64,000 nt of DNA, from NCBI GenBank assembly GCA_030649025.1, contig JAUSGO010000022.1, positions 9,023 to 73,022 of the forward strand. Direction: 5' to 3'. Shown here piece after piece: positions 17,581 through 27,964 of the stretch. The stretch is from a bacterium. Its GTDB lineage: Bacteria > Patescibacteriota > Minisyncoccia > JAUYLV01. The notes beneath the pieces are model-generated. The model saw only the letters and a list, made by a program, of their open reading frames with translations. It was not told the DNA's origin and ran no database searches. The stretch's first letter is position 1; the number at the start of each line of letters is the position of its first letter. The position numbers and the translations under genes are program-made.

Positions 17581-20500
17581 ATGTCTACACTCACAAAATC
17601 TTTCAAACAACTTTCTAAACTTGACGTCTCCTTGGCAGGGGGCAAGGGGGCGTCGTTAGGAGAGATGACGCAAGCGGGGATTTTAGTGCCGCCGGGATTT
17701 GTGGTGCTCGCCTCGGTATTCGACAGGTTCTGCGCCGAGACCGATCTTGGCATCGAGATAGATTCTATTTTGCACAAGGTGGACCACAAGCGTATCAACA
17801 CGGTGGAAGACGCATCGGAAAATATCAAGGCGTTGATTCTGAACGCAAAGATGCCGGGAGACATCGCCTCGGCAATCAAGAAAGAATTCAAGAAGCTTGA
17901 TGCAATTTATGTTGCCGTGCGCTCTTCAGCAACCGCCGAAGACAGCGCTTCTGCCGCGTGGGCGGGACAGCTTGAAAGCTATCTCAATACGACCGAGAAG
18001 GATTTATTGCAAAACGTACAAAAATGCTGGGCGTCACTCTTTACGCCAAGAGCCATATTTTATCGTTTCGAAAAAGGACTTCATGGTTCTCACATTTCTG
18101 TTGCCGTGGTGGTGCAAAAAATGGTGCAGAGCGAGGTTTCGGGTATTGCTTTTTCGGTGCATCCCGTCACCGAGGACCGCAACCAGCTCATTATTGAAGC
18201 CGGGTTCGGCTTGGGAGAGGCGATTGTCTCCGGGCAAATTACTCCCGATAGTTACGTGGTCGAAAAAGAGCCCCGAAGAATCATCGACAAGAACATTGCC
18301 GTGCAGACCCGTGCCATTGTAAGGACAAAAACAAAAACCGATTGGATAGATATTCCCGAATCAAAAGGCGCGCAGCAGGCTCTTTCGGACAAAGAAATTT
18401 TGCAACTTACCGCGCTTATACTTCGCATCGAGGAACATTACGGCTTTCCGTGCGATATTGAATGGGCGCGAGAGAAAGGCAAGTTTTATATCGTGCAATC
18501 ACGGCCAATTACGACTCTAAAATCAACCCGCGGAGCGAAGCAATATAAAAAAACATACACGCGTGAAAACTGTCTTATAGCTATTCAGATCTGGGAAAAG
18601 CAGCAGTGCGAGCTCCTAAAGGAGAAACTTGATTCTGTGGTGCCTTTTTCTGTCTTTGATGCACACGAGGGAGTAGTGGGCATCTACTACGACGAAAAGA
18701 TTTTCGATATATGGGGAGAGCTCATATCTAACAAAGCCAATAGCGACCCGGCGTTTGTGCCCGAAATAATGAAATGGTATGGAAAGCACTTGGATAAACT
18801 GGAAGCTATTTGGAAACGAGGAAGGGTATTATCCGTTCAAGAGCTCGCAGACCTGTTTGATCTTGCATCGTGGGCTTGGGTAGGACTCTCCATCTCTTAC
18901 TTCTTGCCCTCTCTTACAAATGTATCCAAAAAATCGCAAAACCTGGGCATGGCGTTACGAGAACGGTCAGCAGATTTTCTTGAGCTTACGGATCACACAA
19001 TACAAAATACCCTGCACGGTTTATATCCCGACCTTGGAGACCTGGTGAAGTATCTTGCGATAGAAGAAGTAAAAGAAAATGCCCTACCCTCAGTAGAGAC
19101 ATTGCAAGAACGTCAGCGCCATTATATTTATTTTGGATTCAGGCTGTATACTAATAAAAATGTTCATGAATTTGTGCGAGAAAATGCCATTGTTATTGAG
19201 GAAGAAAAAGTTCCTATGGGCGCTACGGAGTTTGCAGGTCAAACTGCTATGGGCGGTAAAGCGCAGGGGCGAGTTCGTATTTTGCGGAAAAAATCAGAAA
19301 TACCTTTTCTCCAAAAGGGAGAGATCTTGGCAACCGCAATGACAACCCCTGATTATTTGCCTGCCATGCGTAATGCAGTGGCATTTATTACCGATGAAGG
19401 AGGCATTACTTGCCATGCTGCCATAGTCGCAAGAGAGCTGGGAAAACCCTGCATTATTGGCACAAAGATCGCCACCCAGGTGTTAAAAGACGGCGACTTG
19501 GTAGAAGTGGATGCGAATCATGGAATAGTCAAGATATTAAAAAGAGCCGTGCGAGATCTCGAGCAATCACGGCCGATTACGACGTCGCAATCGGTTGGCA
19601 TAGAAGAATCTTTGGAAAAGAGGTTTCTTAATGCTCTGGGAGAAGACGAGCTCTTTAAAGTAGAGGGGGATTTTTTGTTGTTACTGGTGGCGATTGACTG
19701 GTTTAACTACTATGATGAAAAAGGGAAGGTGAAAAATGTGTATCCGGCGCTGTGCCTTAAGAGCGGTTCCACCCTCAACATTTATTGGAGTCTTAGCAAG
19801 TATCGGGAAGTTTCTAAAATGATGTTTCGGATGTATCTGGACAAAAAACTAGACCTAAAGGATTTTCATGAAAAGTATCATGTGCTCAAGCATGAGATAG
19901 ATGATTTTTATCACGCATATTATATCAGCGGCCACACTGATGAGTCGGCATTGCTTGCCAAACTTGGTCGCACACACACTTTCTTGCGGGAGATAGACCT
20001 GCAGACACTCTTTTTAGATGCGCTCGACCAGCGGGCCATAGAAGAAGTGTTAAAGGAAAGAAGCATAGAGATTGATTTAGCTAAAGTATGGCGGGTATCG
20101 CACATACTCGACTCGTATTCCTTCCATACCAAGAATAAGGATGATATTTTGGCGTCCTACAAGAAAAGACCAGAGTCACTTCAGTACGTCTACTCTAATT
20201 ACGTGCACATATGTTCACCAAGCGAGGTTCGAAAGAAGGTGCGCCTGCTCGATATCTCCGCGTTGAAAGGCGAGCTTGAAAAAAATAAAAAAGAAGCCAA
20301 AGAAAATTTAGTGGCAAAGCGGAAAGAAGTTTCAAAACTCTCGCCATTCGAGCGGAAGATATTAGTCTTTGTGGATCTAGCCGGCTATTTGCGCGATGAC
20401 CGTAAGACGCTTATTACGAAGTGCGATGTGCTTTTGTTTAACCTCACATCAGATCTTTACAAGCTTTGGGGCATACGCAAGGAGCTGGTTCCCGTGTCAC

Positions 20501-21066
20501 TGGTGAGCGACGTCCTCAAGGGGAGGGAACGCATAAGGGCTCTTGTACCCACTCTCACGGCCAGATTAAATAAAACGGTACTATTCACGACGGATGGGAA
20601 AAACTATAAAGAGAGCATGGAGGAAGCTGCAGAGGAGATAGAAGCAGCTTACCAGCGTCAGCATGCGCCTAAAGACGCCTCAGTGTTGAGGGGCGAGTCG
20701 GCTTCGACGGGCCTGGCGCGGGGAAGAGTACGCGTGATTATAAAAAAGAAGGATTTCTATATGTTTCGGGACGGAGAGATCCTCGTTGCGGCAATGACCC
20801 GGCCTGAATTTGTGCCGTTAATGAAAAAAGCAAAGGCGATTGTAACTGACGAAGGCGGTATCACAAGCCACGCGGCCATAGTATCTCGCGAGCTTGGGAA
20901 GCCCTGCATCATCGGAACGCGCGTCGCCACCAAATTACTGAAAGACGGCGACTTGGTGGAAGTGGATGCGGAGCGCGGCGTCGTTCGTATTTTAGAGAAG
21001 AAGCCAAGCGAAGTCCCGCCCAGCGGGACGGACAGGGGAGTGGTGAGGATTTTAAAAAAACTATGA
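17581..21066 (+). CDS. PEP synthase/rifampin phosphotransferase-like protein: ATP-grasp domain plus two (variable domain + His-swivel) modules
   Basis: GGKGASLGE, VAVRSSATAED, DIEWA, QSRPITT; two TDEGGIT(C/S)HAAIV(A/S)RELGKPC domains; no pyruvate-binding barrel. Confidence 0.88.
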   Translation: MSTLTKSFKQLSKLDVSLAGGKGASLGEMTQAGILVPPGFVVLASVFDRFCAETDLGIEIDSILHKVDHKRINTVEDASENIKALILNAKMPGDIASAIKKEFKKLDAIYVAVRSSATAEDSASAAWAGQLESYLNTTEKDLLQNVQKCWASLFTPRAIFYRFEKGLHGSHISVAVVVQKMVQSEVSGIAFSVHPVTEDRNQLIIEAGFGLGEAIVSGQITPDSYVVEKEPRRIIDKNIAVQTRAIVRTKTKTDWIDIPESKGAQQALSDKEILQLTALILRIEEHYGFPCDIEWAREKGKFYIVQSRPITTLKSTRGAKQYKKTYTRENCLIAIQIWEKQQCELLKEKLDSVVPFSVFDAHEGVVGIYYDEKIFDIWGELISNKANSDPAFVPEIMKWYGKHLDKLEAIWKRGRVLSVQELADLFDLASWAWVGLSISYFLPSLTNVSKKSQNLGMALRERSADFLELTDHTIQNTLHGLYPDLGDLVKYLAIEEVKENALPSVETLQERQRHYIYFGFRLYTNKNVHEFVRENAIVIEEEKVPMGATEFAGQTAMGGKAQGRVRILRKKSEIPFLQKGEILATAMTTPDYLPAMRNAVAFITDEGGITCHAAIVARELGKPCIIGTKIATQVLKDGDLVEVDANHGIVKILKRAVRDLEQSRPITTSQSVGIEESLEKRFLNALGEDELFKVEGDFLLLLVAIDWFNYYDEKGKVKNVYPALCLKSGSTLNIYWSLSKYREVSKMMFRMYLDKKLDLKDFHEKYHVLKHEIDDFYHAYYISGHTDESALLAKLGRTHTFLREIDLQTLFLDALDQRAIEEVLKERSIEIDLAKVWRVSHILDSYSFHTKNKDDILASYKKRPESLQYVYSNYVHICSPSEVRKKVRLLDISALKGELEKNKKEAKENLVAKRKEVSKLSPFERKILVFVDLAGYLRDDRKTLITKCDVLLFNLTSDLYKLWGIRKELVPVSLVSDVLKGRERIRALVPTLTARLNKTVLFTTDGKNYKESMEEAAEEIEAAYQRQHAPKDASVLRGESASTGLARGRVRVIIKKKDFYMFRDGEILVAAMTRPEFVPLMKKAKAIVTDEGGITSHAAIVSRELGKPCIIGTRVATKLLKDGDLVEVDAERGVVRILEKKPSEVPPSGTDRGVVRILKKL

Positions 21067-21346
21067 ATAAAAAATACACAGTTCCTGCTATAGCCGACGA
21101 CAACCTTGTTTATTTTGGTCAACGAGTGGAGCTATACTTCGCGTCGGCAATGGTAGCGGGAGGCATGACGGATAAAAAGTTACTCAAACGTGGTTATTTT
21201 TGACAGTGCCGATCGTCAAAAAACAGGAGAAACTCTCGGACTGGATCTCAAAAAACTTACGGAGCTCCGGGAAGAGTATATGAAACGTTACCACGTCAGA
21301 TACAAAGAAGAACCACGCTAGAGGATTGTAATGAGTCTTATCGTGT

Positions 21347-22459
21347 ATGGCATCCGAACTTTCTAATAGAAACATCGCATTCGTCCACGACTACCTGCTC
21401 AATCCCGGCGGAGCAGAGCGGGTTTTAGGCGCGATGGCAGGAGTTTTTCCTGAAGCACCGATTCATGCTCTATTGTATGATGAGGAAAAGATCGGGCATC
21501 TTTTTCCGAAGGAACGCGTGATAATATCATTTCTTCAGCGCTTTCCAAAATTTTTTCAAAATCGACCAAAGTATCTTGCACCGCTTCTTCCCATTGCCGC
21601 AGAATCGTTTGATTTGCGTGATTACGAGTTGGTCATTTCCTCTTCAAGCGCATTTGCAAAAGGCGTTGTGACGCGCGCAAGAACGACACATATCTGCTAC
21701 TGCCACAGCCCCATGCGCTACGCGTGGGATTTTACGCACGAATACCAGACCGACACGCGTGAGAAACGAACAATCCGTTTTCCGGTAAGACTTATACAGC
21801 ACTATCTGCGGCTCTGGGACCGCACAGCCGCAGACCGCGTACATTATTTCATTGCCAATTCAAAAACGGTCTCCGCCCGCATAAAAAAATATTATCGTAG
21901 AGATGCTGCGGTCATATACCCTCCCGTTGCCGTTGACGCGTACCGCCCGACAGAAGCACATGACGGTTATTTTCTCATCGTATCCCGCCTCGTTCCTTAT
22001 AAACGCGTTGATTTGGCCGTTCAGGCGTTCAACAAGCTCCAACTTCCACTGGTGGTAGCGGGAGATGGGGTGGAGCGCAAGAACCTCGAACGTATCGCAG
22101 GACCTACCGTACAATTTCTTGGTCCTGTTTCTGAGGAGAAAAAAAGTGAATTGATGGAACGATGCAGGGCATTTATTTTCCCCGGCGAAGACGATTTCGG
22201 CATTACGGCAGTGGAGGCTATGGCGGCCGGAAAGCCGGTACTTGCGTATCGCAAAGGAGGTGTTTGCGAGACGGTTATTGAAGGAGTGACGGGAGAGTTC
22301 TTTGATGACCCGGCTCCCGAGGCGCTTGCGGATGGCGTTCGCCGTCTTCGCGAGAATCTGCAAAGTTACGATCATGCGCTCATACGGAAGCGAGCGGAAG
22401 AATTTCGCACGGAGCGTTTCCAAAAGGAGTTCAGAGCCTATCTCAAAAATACTTTTTAG
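21347..22459 (+). CDS. GT4 family glycosyltransferase
   Basis: HDYL..GGAERVL, CYCHSPMRY, EDDFGITAVEAMAAGKPV. Confidence 0.93.
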   Translation: MASELSNRNIAFVHDYLLNPGGAERVLGAMAGVFPEAPIHALLYDEEKIGHLFPKERVIISFLQRFPKFFQNRPKYLAPLLPIAAESFDLRDYELVISSSSAFAKGVVTRARTTHICYCHSPMRYAWDFTHEYQTDTREKRTIRFPVRLIQHYLRLWDRTAADRVHYFIANSKTVSARIKKYYRRDAAVIYPPVAVDAYRPTEAHDGYFLIVSRLVPYKRVDLAVQAFNKLQLPLVVAGDGVERKNLERIAGPTVQFLGPVSEEKKSELMERCRAFIFPGEDDFGITAVEAMAAGKPVLAYRKGGVCETVIEGVTGEFFDDPAPEALADGVRRLRENLQSYDHALIRKRAEEFRTERFQKEFRAYLKNTF

Positions 22460-22597
22460 GCGAAATTACAGATTTTGAGGCGAGAGCCGCGCCACAGAAG
22501 CGAGGCGTATTACAGAGTAATACGGTGAGTCTTCGAGAAGCGGCTCGCAGCCCAAAATCTGGGGTTGCAGGCAAGAAGAATTTTTGAGATAGGCTCT
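22433..22597. mobile_element. Palindromic element overlapping the 3' end of the GT4 gene
   Basis: 18-bp perfect IR AGAGCCTATCTCAAAAAT/ATTTTTGAGATAGGCTCT; core CGTATTAC..GTAATACG. Confidence 0.7.
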
Positions 22598-22643
22598 CGA
22601 GGAATATGTGGCGAAAGTGTCCGTTTTTTGATACCATGGTATC

Positions 22644-23423
22644 ATGAACACCCCTTCTCAATTATATGAGCGGCTTCTCAAGACACATGAAAAGGGGAGA
22701 GTTGCGCATTGTTATCTTTTTACGGGACCCAGGGGAGCTGGGAAAATGGATGTTGCAATGGATCTAGCCGGTACCCTGCTTAATACTCCAAGAGAGCGCC
22801 TTTCTCTGCATCCCGACATGTTAGTGTTAGAACGCTCTTGCGATACAGACGAGCACAAAGAAATCAGTATTAACGAAGTACGCACGCTCAAGCAACGGCT
22901 TTCGTTCACCGCGGGGATGGGAGGATGGAAAGTAGCTATTCTCGAGGGAGCGGAACTGCTCTCAAAGGAAGCGGCTTCTGCGCTTCTTAAGGTTTTGGAA
23001 TCGCCGACGGGGAAAACTGTTATTGTGCTTATTGCGGAACGATATGGCGCTGTGCTGCCGACCATACGTTCGCGCGCAGTCCGCGTCTCGTTTCCACCGC
23101 CGGGCGCCGCGTCAGAAAAGAAAGAGTTCTCCGAAGAACAGACCGTGGAATTTAAAAAGTTTTTCAGCGAGGTCTCGCACATACCGTATGCATTGCGCTT
23201 CAAGGCAAGCGAGCGTTATGCTAAAAGCGCCGGGGATCGTCAAGCTCTCTTGCGATACGCCGCCCTGTTGTTCCATACAGAACTGCTTGAGTGCGCTCGC
23301 GAGTCTATAGTGGCCAGGAAATGCTGTGCGCGCGTCCGAGCACTTATTCGCACCGATGCATTGCTTATGCATACGAACGCGAACCCCAGATTGTTGTTGG
23401 ATGTTTTTCTTATGAATTTATAG
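22644..23423 (+). CDS. holB: DNA polymerase III delta-prime subunit
   Basis: HCYLFTGPRGAGK, HPD, ALLKVLESP, LPTIRSR. Confidence 0.9.
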   Translation: MNTPSQLYERLLKTHEKGRVAHCYLFTGPRGAGKMDVAMDLAGTLLNTPRERLSLHPDMLVLERSCDTDEHKEISINEVRTLKQRLSFTAGMGGWKVAILEGAELLSKEAASALLKVLESPTGKTVIVLIAERYGAVLPTIRSRAVRVSFPPPGAASEKKEFSEEQTVEFKKFFSEVSHIPYALRFKASERYAKSAGDRQALLRYAALLFHTELLECARESIVARKCCARVRALIRTDALLMHTNANPRLLLDVFLMNL

Positions 23424-23435
23424 TAGCGGTATGAA

Positions 23436-23553
23436 TCCCGTTAGAGGCCGCGGTCGCTAGCGAGGATTTAAATGAAACAAACTTTTTAGTGAATTCTTAC
23501 TAATTTATCAAGGTATCACGGTCTCAAAAGACCGCGACCTGCCTCTAACGGGA
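23436..23553. mobile_element. MITE-like CCCGTTAGA element, copy B2
   Basis: Same TIRs and length as B1; flanked by ATGAA direct repeats at 23431 and 23553. Confidence 0.82.
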
Positions 23554-24677
23554 TGAAGGCCACTATCGTCATCGTAATTACCATTGGTATTGTGGTCGTT
23601 GGAGCCATTGTCGGCCTTACGTTGCTTTTCGGGCGCTCGAAAAATGGCGCTCCAGCGGACGCAGGCATGACATTGAACCTCGGCAAGACCGGAGCCGATG
23701 GCGGCGTATTTGTAACGGAAGACGGCGGAGTCAATTGGAAGCAACGGGTGAAATTCAGCGAAAAATCTAACATTGGCAGTATTGATGTCAATGATATCGT
23801 TTTTCATCCACAAAATAAGACAAAAATATTTCTTGCCTCAACGGGAAACGGTCTTTTTACCTCCACAAGCGGTTCGGAACCCTGGGTTCGGGTAACCGAT
23901 GAAAAGAACGTTCTTACGCAAGACACCACGGTCCATCAGATCGCGTTTGACCCCAAAGACCCGCAGTATTTTTATCTTGCGGTTGCGCGCGGGGAGGTAG
24001 GTAGGGTTTTGAGGACCGAGGACGGAGGGAAATCGTTCAAAGAAGTATACCAGACGCCAAAATCAAAATCGGCCGTCTACGCCGTTTCTGTGGATCCCGA
24101 TGTTTCGGAGCGTCTTTATATTGGCACCGCGGAAGGTGGCTTATTTGTGAGCCAAAACCGGGGAGAAAGTTGGAGCGTAGTAAAGTGGTTCCCCAGCCCA
24201 GTTCGGCGTATCAATATTCATCCGCAGGATGCGAACTTCATGTATCTTACGTTCCTGGGCAAGGACCTTCCCAAAATCCAGCGCTCCTACGACCACGGCG
24301 GAACGTGGGGAGAGCTTAAAGTGAATCCCCCGAAAGGACAGCGCCTCACGGGCATTTTTGGGCTCACATTCCATCCTACGGACGCCAATGTGCTGTACTT
24401 GGCAACATCTGCGGGGGTGTTTAAGACCCCGGATGCCGGGGCGACCTGGCAGGAGTTTCCGCTTATTATTCCTCCTTCACTTTTACCCGTTTTTTCGGTT
24501 TTGGTAGATCTGAAAAATCCGGAAAACGTTTATGTTGCGGCCACCTCGCAAATATACAAAAGCAGGGATAGCGGCGTAAGCTGGGAAGTGCATAGGGTGC
24601 CTACGACCAAGAACGTGCGTGTGCTCGTGTTCTCGCCCGTGTCCAGCGATATTCTGTGGGCAGGGTTAAGAAAGTAA
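23553..24677 (+). CDS. Membrane-anchored BNR/Asp-box beta-propeller protein (YCF48-like)
   Basis: N-terminal TM; repeated (S/T)xDGGxxW boxes. Confidence 0.85.
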   Translation: MKATIVIVITIGIVVVGAIVGLTLLFGRSKNGAPADAGMTLNLGKTGADGGVFVTEDGGVNWKQRVKFSEKSNIGSIDVNDIVFHPQNKTKIFLASTGNGLFTSTSGSEPWVRVTDEKNVLTQDTTVHQIAFDPKDPQYFYLAVARGEVGRVLRTEDGGKSFKEVYQTPKSKSAVYAVSVDPDVSERLYIGTAEGGLFVSQNRGESWSVVKWFPSPVRRINIHPQDANFMYLTFLGKDLPKIQRSYDHGGTWGELKVNPPKGQRLTGIFGLTFHPTDANVLYLATSAGVFKTPDAGATWQEFPLIIPPSLLPVFSVLVDLKNPENVYVAATSQIYKSRDSGVSWEVHRVPTTKNVRVLVFSPVSSDILWAGLRK

Positions 24678-24722
24678 GGGGTGTCTGCTCGTTCTCCGGG
24701 CTTCAAATAGAATATAAGATTT

Positions 24723-25274
24723 ATGGAGCATTCACACGAGAAATCAATTTCTTTTTGGCTTATTTCTTTGCTCATTCCTTCTATTGTTATAGCAGTGGGG
24801 ATTTCCTTCTTATCAAGGCCACCACATGATTATGGGTGTCCTTCGGATAAGGTAGAAAAAAGAGAAATACGTCTTAAAACGGACTTACCTGGTCCTTACG
24901 CAAAATCAAATATTCTTAAACCTGGGAGTTCTGGATCGAATGATTGGGAAGAAACTGGATTTTCTATTCTCATTCCATTTAACGAATATGAACAAGAAAT
25001 TAAAAAAACACTCGATTTTAATGTAACCTTCTTAGAAGAGAAGAGGGTTGAGGCTGTGGCAAGAGGGGTGGTTGACGTAACAAAGTTTAGCCCAAGTACA
25101 TATTTTTATTTTCTAACACGTATGTCTAAAGGGGAAGCTACTCTTCTCGATGCTAATTCAAATAGAATACCCAAAATTTATGATATTGTAAGTACTTCGT
25201 CTTGCGGTCATGCGCACTGCGGCGAATATGAGATCAACGGGATGTTAATGGGCCAGGAATGTGTAGTATCGTGA
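24723..25274 (+). CDS. Hypothetical exported protein, AT-rich
   Basis: N-terminal TM, four Cys; visibly lower GC than its neighbours. Confidence 0.6.
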   Translation: MEHSHEKSISFWLISLLIPSIVIAVGISFLSRPPHDYGCPSDKVEKREIRLKTDLPGPYAKSNILKPGSSGSNDWEETGFSILIPFNEYEQEIKKTLDFNVTFLEEKRVEAVARGVVDVTKFSPSTYFYFLTRMSKGEATLLDANSNRIPKIYDIVSTSSCGHAHCGEYEINGMLMGQECVVS

Positions 25275-25337
25275 GTAGATATAATCTTCAAACGGATAGC
25301 GCCATTCGGAATAAGTCACTTAATGTCCAATTTTCTT

Positions 25338-25895
25338 ATGGAAAATCAATTCCTCACCGATTGCAAAAAGAAGTTTGAACATGTGCTGGATATCTTTGTG
25401 AAAGATATTGCTTCTTTGCGCACGGGAAGGGCAAGCCCTGCGCTCGTAGAGGATATTGAGGCGGATTATTACGGCACAAAAACCCCTATCAAGCACATGG
25501 CCGCTATCAATGTTTCGGGTCCTACAGAAATTCTCATACAGCCCTGGGACAAGGCCGCGTTGAAGCCCATTGAAGAGGCTATCCAAAAATCGAAGCTCGG
25601 CATCAATCCCATCGTGAATGCCGATGGCATCCGGTTAAGCCTCCCGAAACTTTCACAGGAGCGCCGGGAGCAACTGGTGAAATTATTGAAGGAGAAAGCG
25701 GAGGAGGCGCGCATCGGGCTCCGCAAAGAACGCGAAGATACCTTGCGCGTGGTTTCTCGGCTTTTTGATGAAAAGAAACTCGGGGAAGACGAGAAGTTCA
25801 GGGCGAAAGATGACGTGCAAAAACTCGTTGATGAATTCAACAAGAAAATAGAGGAGACGGTCGTAAGAAAGGAAGGGGACATCATGACCATTTGA
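25338..25895 (+). CDS. frr: Ribosome recycling factor
   Basis: LRTGRASP...YYG...IQPWDK...ERREQLVK; alternative start at 25323. Confidence 0.97.
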   Translation: MENQFLTDCKKKFEHVLDIFVKDIASLRTGRASPALVEDIEADYYGTKTPIKHMAAINVSGPTEILIQPWDKAALKPIEEAIQKSKLGINPIVNADGIRLSLPKLSQERREQLVKLLKEKAEEARIGLRKEREDTLRVVSRLFDEKKLGEDEKFRAKDDVQKLVDEFNKKIEETVVRKEGDIMTI

Positions 25896-25924
25896 GAGGC
25901 TTGTTCATGGAACATATTTGAAAT

Positions 25925-25952
25925 AAAAAATCGGCAGGAACGCCGATTTTTT
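25925..25952. terminator. Bidirectional intrinsic terminator
   Basis: AAAAAATCGGC-loop-GCCGATTTTTT between convergent genes. Confidence 0.85.
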
Positions 25953-25970
25953 GCTTTTTAGATTTTATGA

Positions 25971-27929
25971 CTATTCAACGTAAAACACATAGATAGAGTG
26001 CCCGATGGTGGCAACAAGTTTATCGGGAGTAAGCCATAATCGGTAGTCCTCCTTCGGATTTTGTCGGCTTCCCTGGTAGAACGACGCGGAAACGGCTACC
26101 CACCCCTTTTTGGGTCCGTCGCTGCTCGAAAGCCACTTGCGTTTTTCTTTCAGGTAGTAATAGGGATCTGCCCAGCCGAAATAGTCGAACCAAATTTCTT
26201 TAATGTCTCGTTCCTCGACGAACTGTGCGAGACGCTTTAAATCTTGACCCCAGTCAAGATTGGAGTCCGTAACATATTCGGCTCCGCCATCAGGTCCGCC
26301 GGCCATCTCATTGAAGTAGGCAAGATAGAACGGATGGACTCGTAAGACCGAAAGCGCCTGCCAGAGCATGAGCGCTCCCAGAATCATGTGCAATCCCCAC
26401 CGTATTAGAACCATGCTGTTTTTTGGCACCGGCATTGTTGCTGGAATTGCCCCTATGGCAGGGTCGGTTTTCGGTGGGGATGCGATTTTTTTATAAAGCG
26501 TGATTATTTGCTGACTTACCACTATATAGATAAAAGGGAAGGCCGGAAGAATATGCCGTACGCCGATGTTGAGAATGGCCCGCACGCTCGTCCACCAGTA
26601 GAATGCCGCAACCAACAAAAAGGCGATCTCGGTAAAGTGCGCTCGTAACCACGCTCTTCCCTTCAGAAGGCCTCGCACGCCCGTGAGCGCGAAGATAAGC
26701 GCTATAATCGTGAGCAGATGGATTGTTAAAGGTTCTTTTAGCGCATAGACGACGGGGAAATACCAAGGTGATCCATATTTGGAAACCTCTCCAAGAAAAT
26801 AGGTAGTATTTCCGCCCGCAACGCGCTGGAACACCATGAGAAGCCCCAGGAAATATTCGGCGTAGGGCTTAAGAAGCAGTTTATCCGAACCCCATATGAC
26901 AAGATTTTTCGGAAAATCAAGGACATATGGAGCATATTGAGGGTAGATATCCTTTTCTTGCATGAGGGCGGCGAGTCCTCGCATGGCGCCAACTGAATAT
27001 GTGGTGAGTATCTGCGTGGTATCCGCTTTCTGGCGCTCGTTGGGGTAGTTGCGCGTGTGATGCCAATAAAGCGGGTATATGGCAATGTACGCCACGATGA
27101 CCACGGCAATAAACTTAAAAAGCATCGGCCAGAAATGCGCATGGCGTTCCGCTTCGTCCTCGAAGTGCTCTTCAGCATGTGTTTCTCCGCGTCCACTGAA
27201 TGGCAGGTGTGCATGCTGGGAGGGCGGTATGTGCGAGACATGCCGCTTTTTATAGGCGATAACCCAAAGCACCATCATAATGAAAAAAATGGGAAGGAGC
27301 ATGAACGTGTTGAATTTGACCAGGAACGCAAACCCCAGCGCAAGTCCCGCCCAAAGCACGTTTCCGTCGGTTGGGTTTTTCAAAAATCTCAGGAAGGCGA
27401 TAGTCGCTACAAAAAAACCGGCGCTGGCGCCAACGTCGGTGGTGACGAATCTTCCGTGCGCAAGGAACGTGGGGGAGAAGGCATAGAAGAACGTGGCCAG
27501 CAACGCAGTTTTTTCTCCGAATTCTTTTTTTGTCCACAAAAAGATGATAAGACCCAGAAACAGCGTGAAAAGCATCATCGGTATCTTAACTGCCTGGGTG
27601 ATGGCGTCGGCATCATTGCCCGACCCGAATATAAGAGCCCGTCCAAATTCCCACTGCCCGTTGATATCGCTTACCCAGCTTTTGTGGCCCCAGGGTTCTT
27701 TCAGGTTCATCCAGAGGAGCGGCAAGGCCCCAAGGTCCTTCATGAGCGGAGGATGTTCGGGGTTTAATCTAAAATCTCCTGTGCGCAAGTAGCTATAGCC
27801 TGCGCCAATGTGCGGATCCTCGTCGATAATGATGGCATCATCCTCGATGCTCAAAAACATCAAGCCACCCATGACCGCGAGCATGGCAAGGGCTATACCA
27901 TTGACGATTAACTTTTTTCTTGGTAGCAT
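25971..27929 (-). CDS. GT-C (GT39/ArnT-like) membrane glycosyltransferase
   Basis: DEDPHI, NPEHPPL, AHGRFVTTD, IGVRH, DSNLDWGQD; many TMs. Confidence 0.88.
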   Translation of the reverse strand: MLPRKKLIVNGIALAMLAVMGGLMFLSIEDDAIIIDEDPHIGAGYSYLRTGDFRLNPEHPPLMKDLGALPLLWMNLKEPWGHKSWVSDINGQWEFGRALIFGSGNDADAITQAVKIPMMLFTLFLGLIIFLWTKKEFGEKTALLATFFYAFSPTFLAHGRFVTTDVGASAGFFVATIAFLRFLKNPTDGNVLWAGLALGFAFLVKFNTFMLLPIFFIMMVLWVIAYKKRHVSHIPPSQHAHLPFSGRGETHAEEHFEDEAERHAHFWPMLFKFIAVVIVAYIAIYPLYWHHTRNYPNERQKADTTQILTTYSVGAMRGLAALMQEKDIYPQYAPYVLDFPKNLVIWGSDKLLLKPYAEYFLGLLMVFQRVAGGNTTYFLGEVSKYGSPWYFPVVYALKEPLTIHLLTIIALIFALTGVRGLLKGRAWLRAHFTEIAFLLVAAFYWWTSVRAILNIGVRHILPAFPFIYIVVSQQIITLYKKIASPPKTDPAIGAIPATMPVPKNSMVLIRWGLHMILGALMLWQALSVLRVHPFYLAYFNEMAGGPDGGAEYVTDSNLDWGQDLKRLAQFVEERDIKEIWFDYFGWADPYYYLKEKRKWLSSSDGPKKGWVAVSASFYQGSRQNPKEDYRLWLTPDKLVATIGHSIYVFYVE

Positions 27930-27964
27930 ATGATTCTGATTAGATGAATCTCTAAGGAGGCTAC

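Noticed and set aside
17581-21066. Canonical PEP synthase ppsA
   Set aside because: Lacks the C-terminal pyruvate-binding TIM barrel
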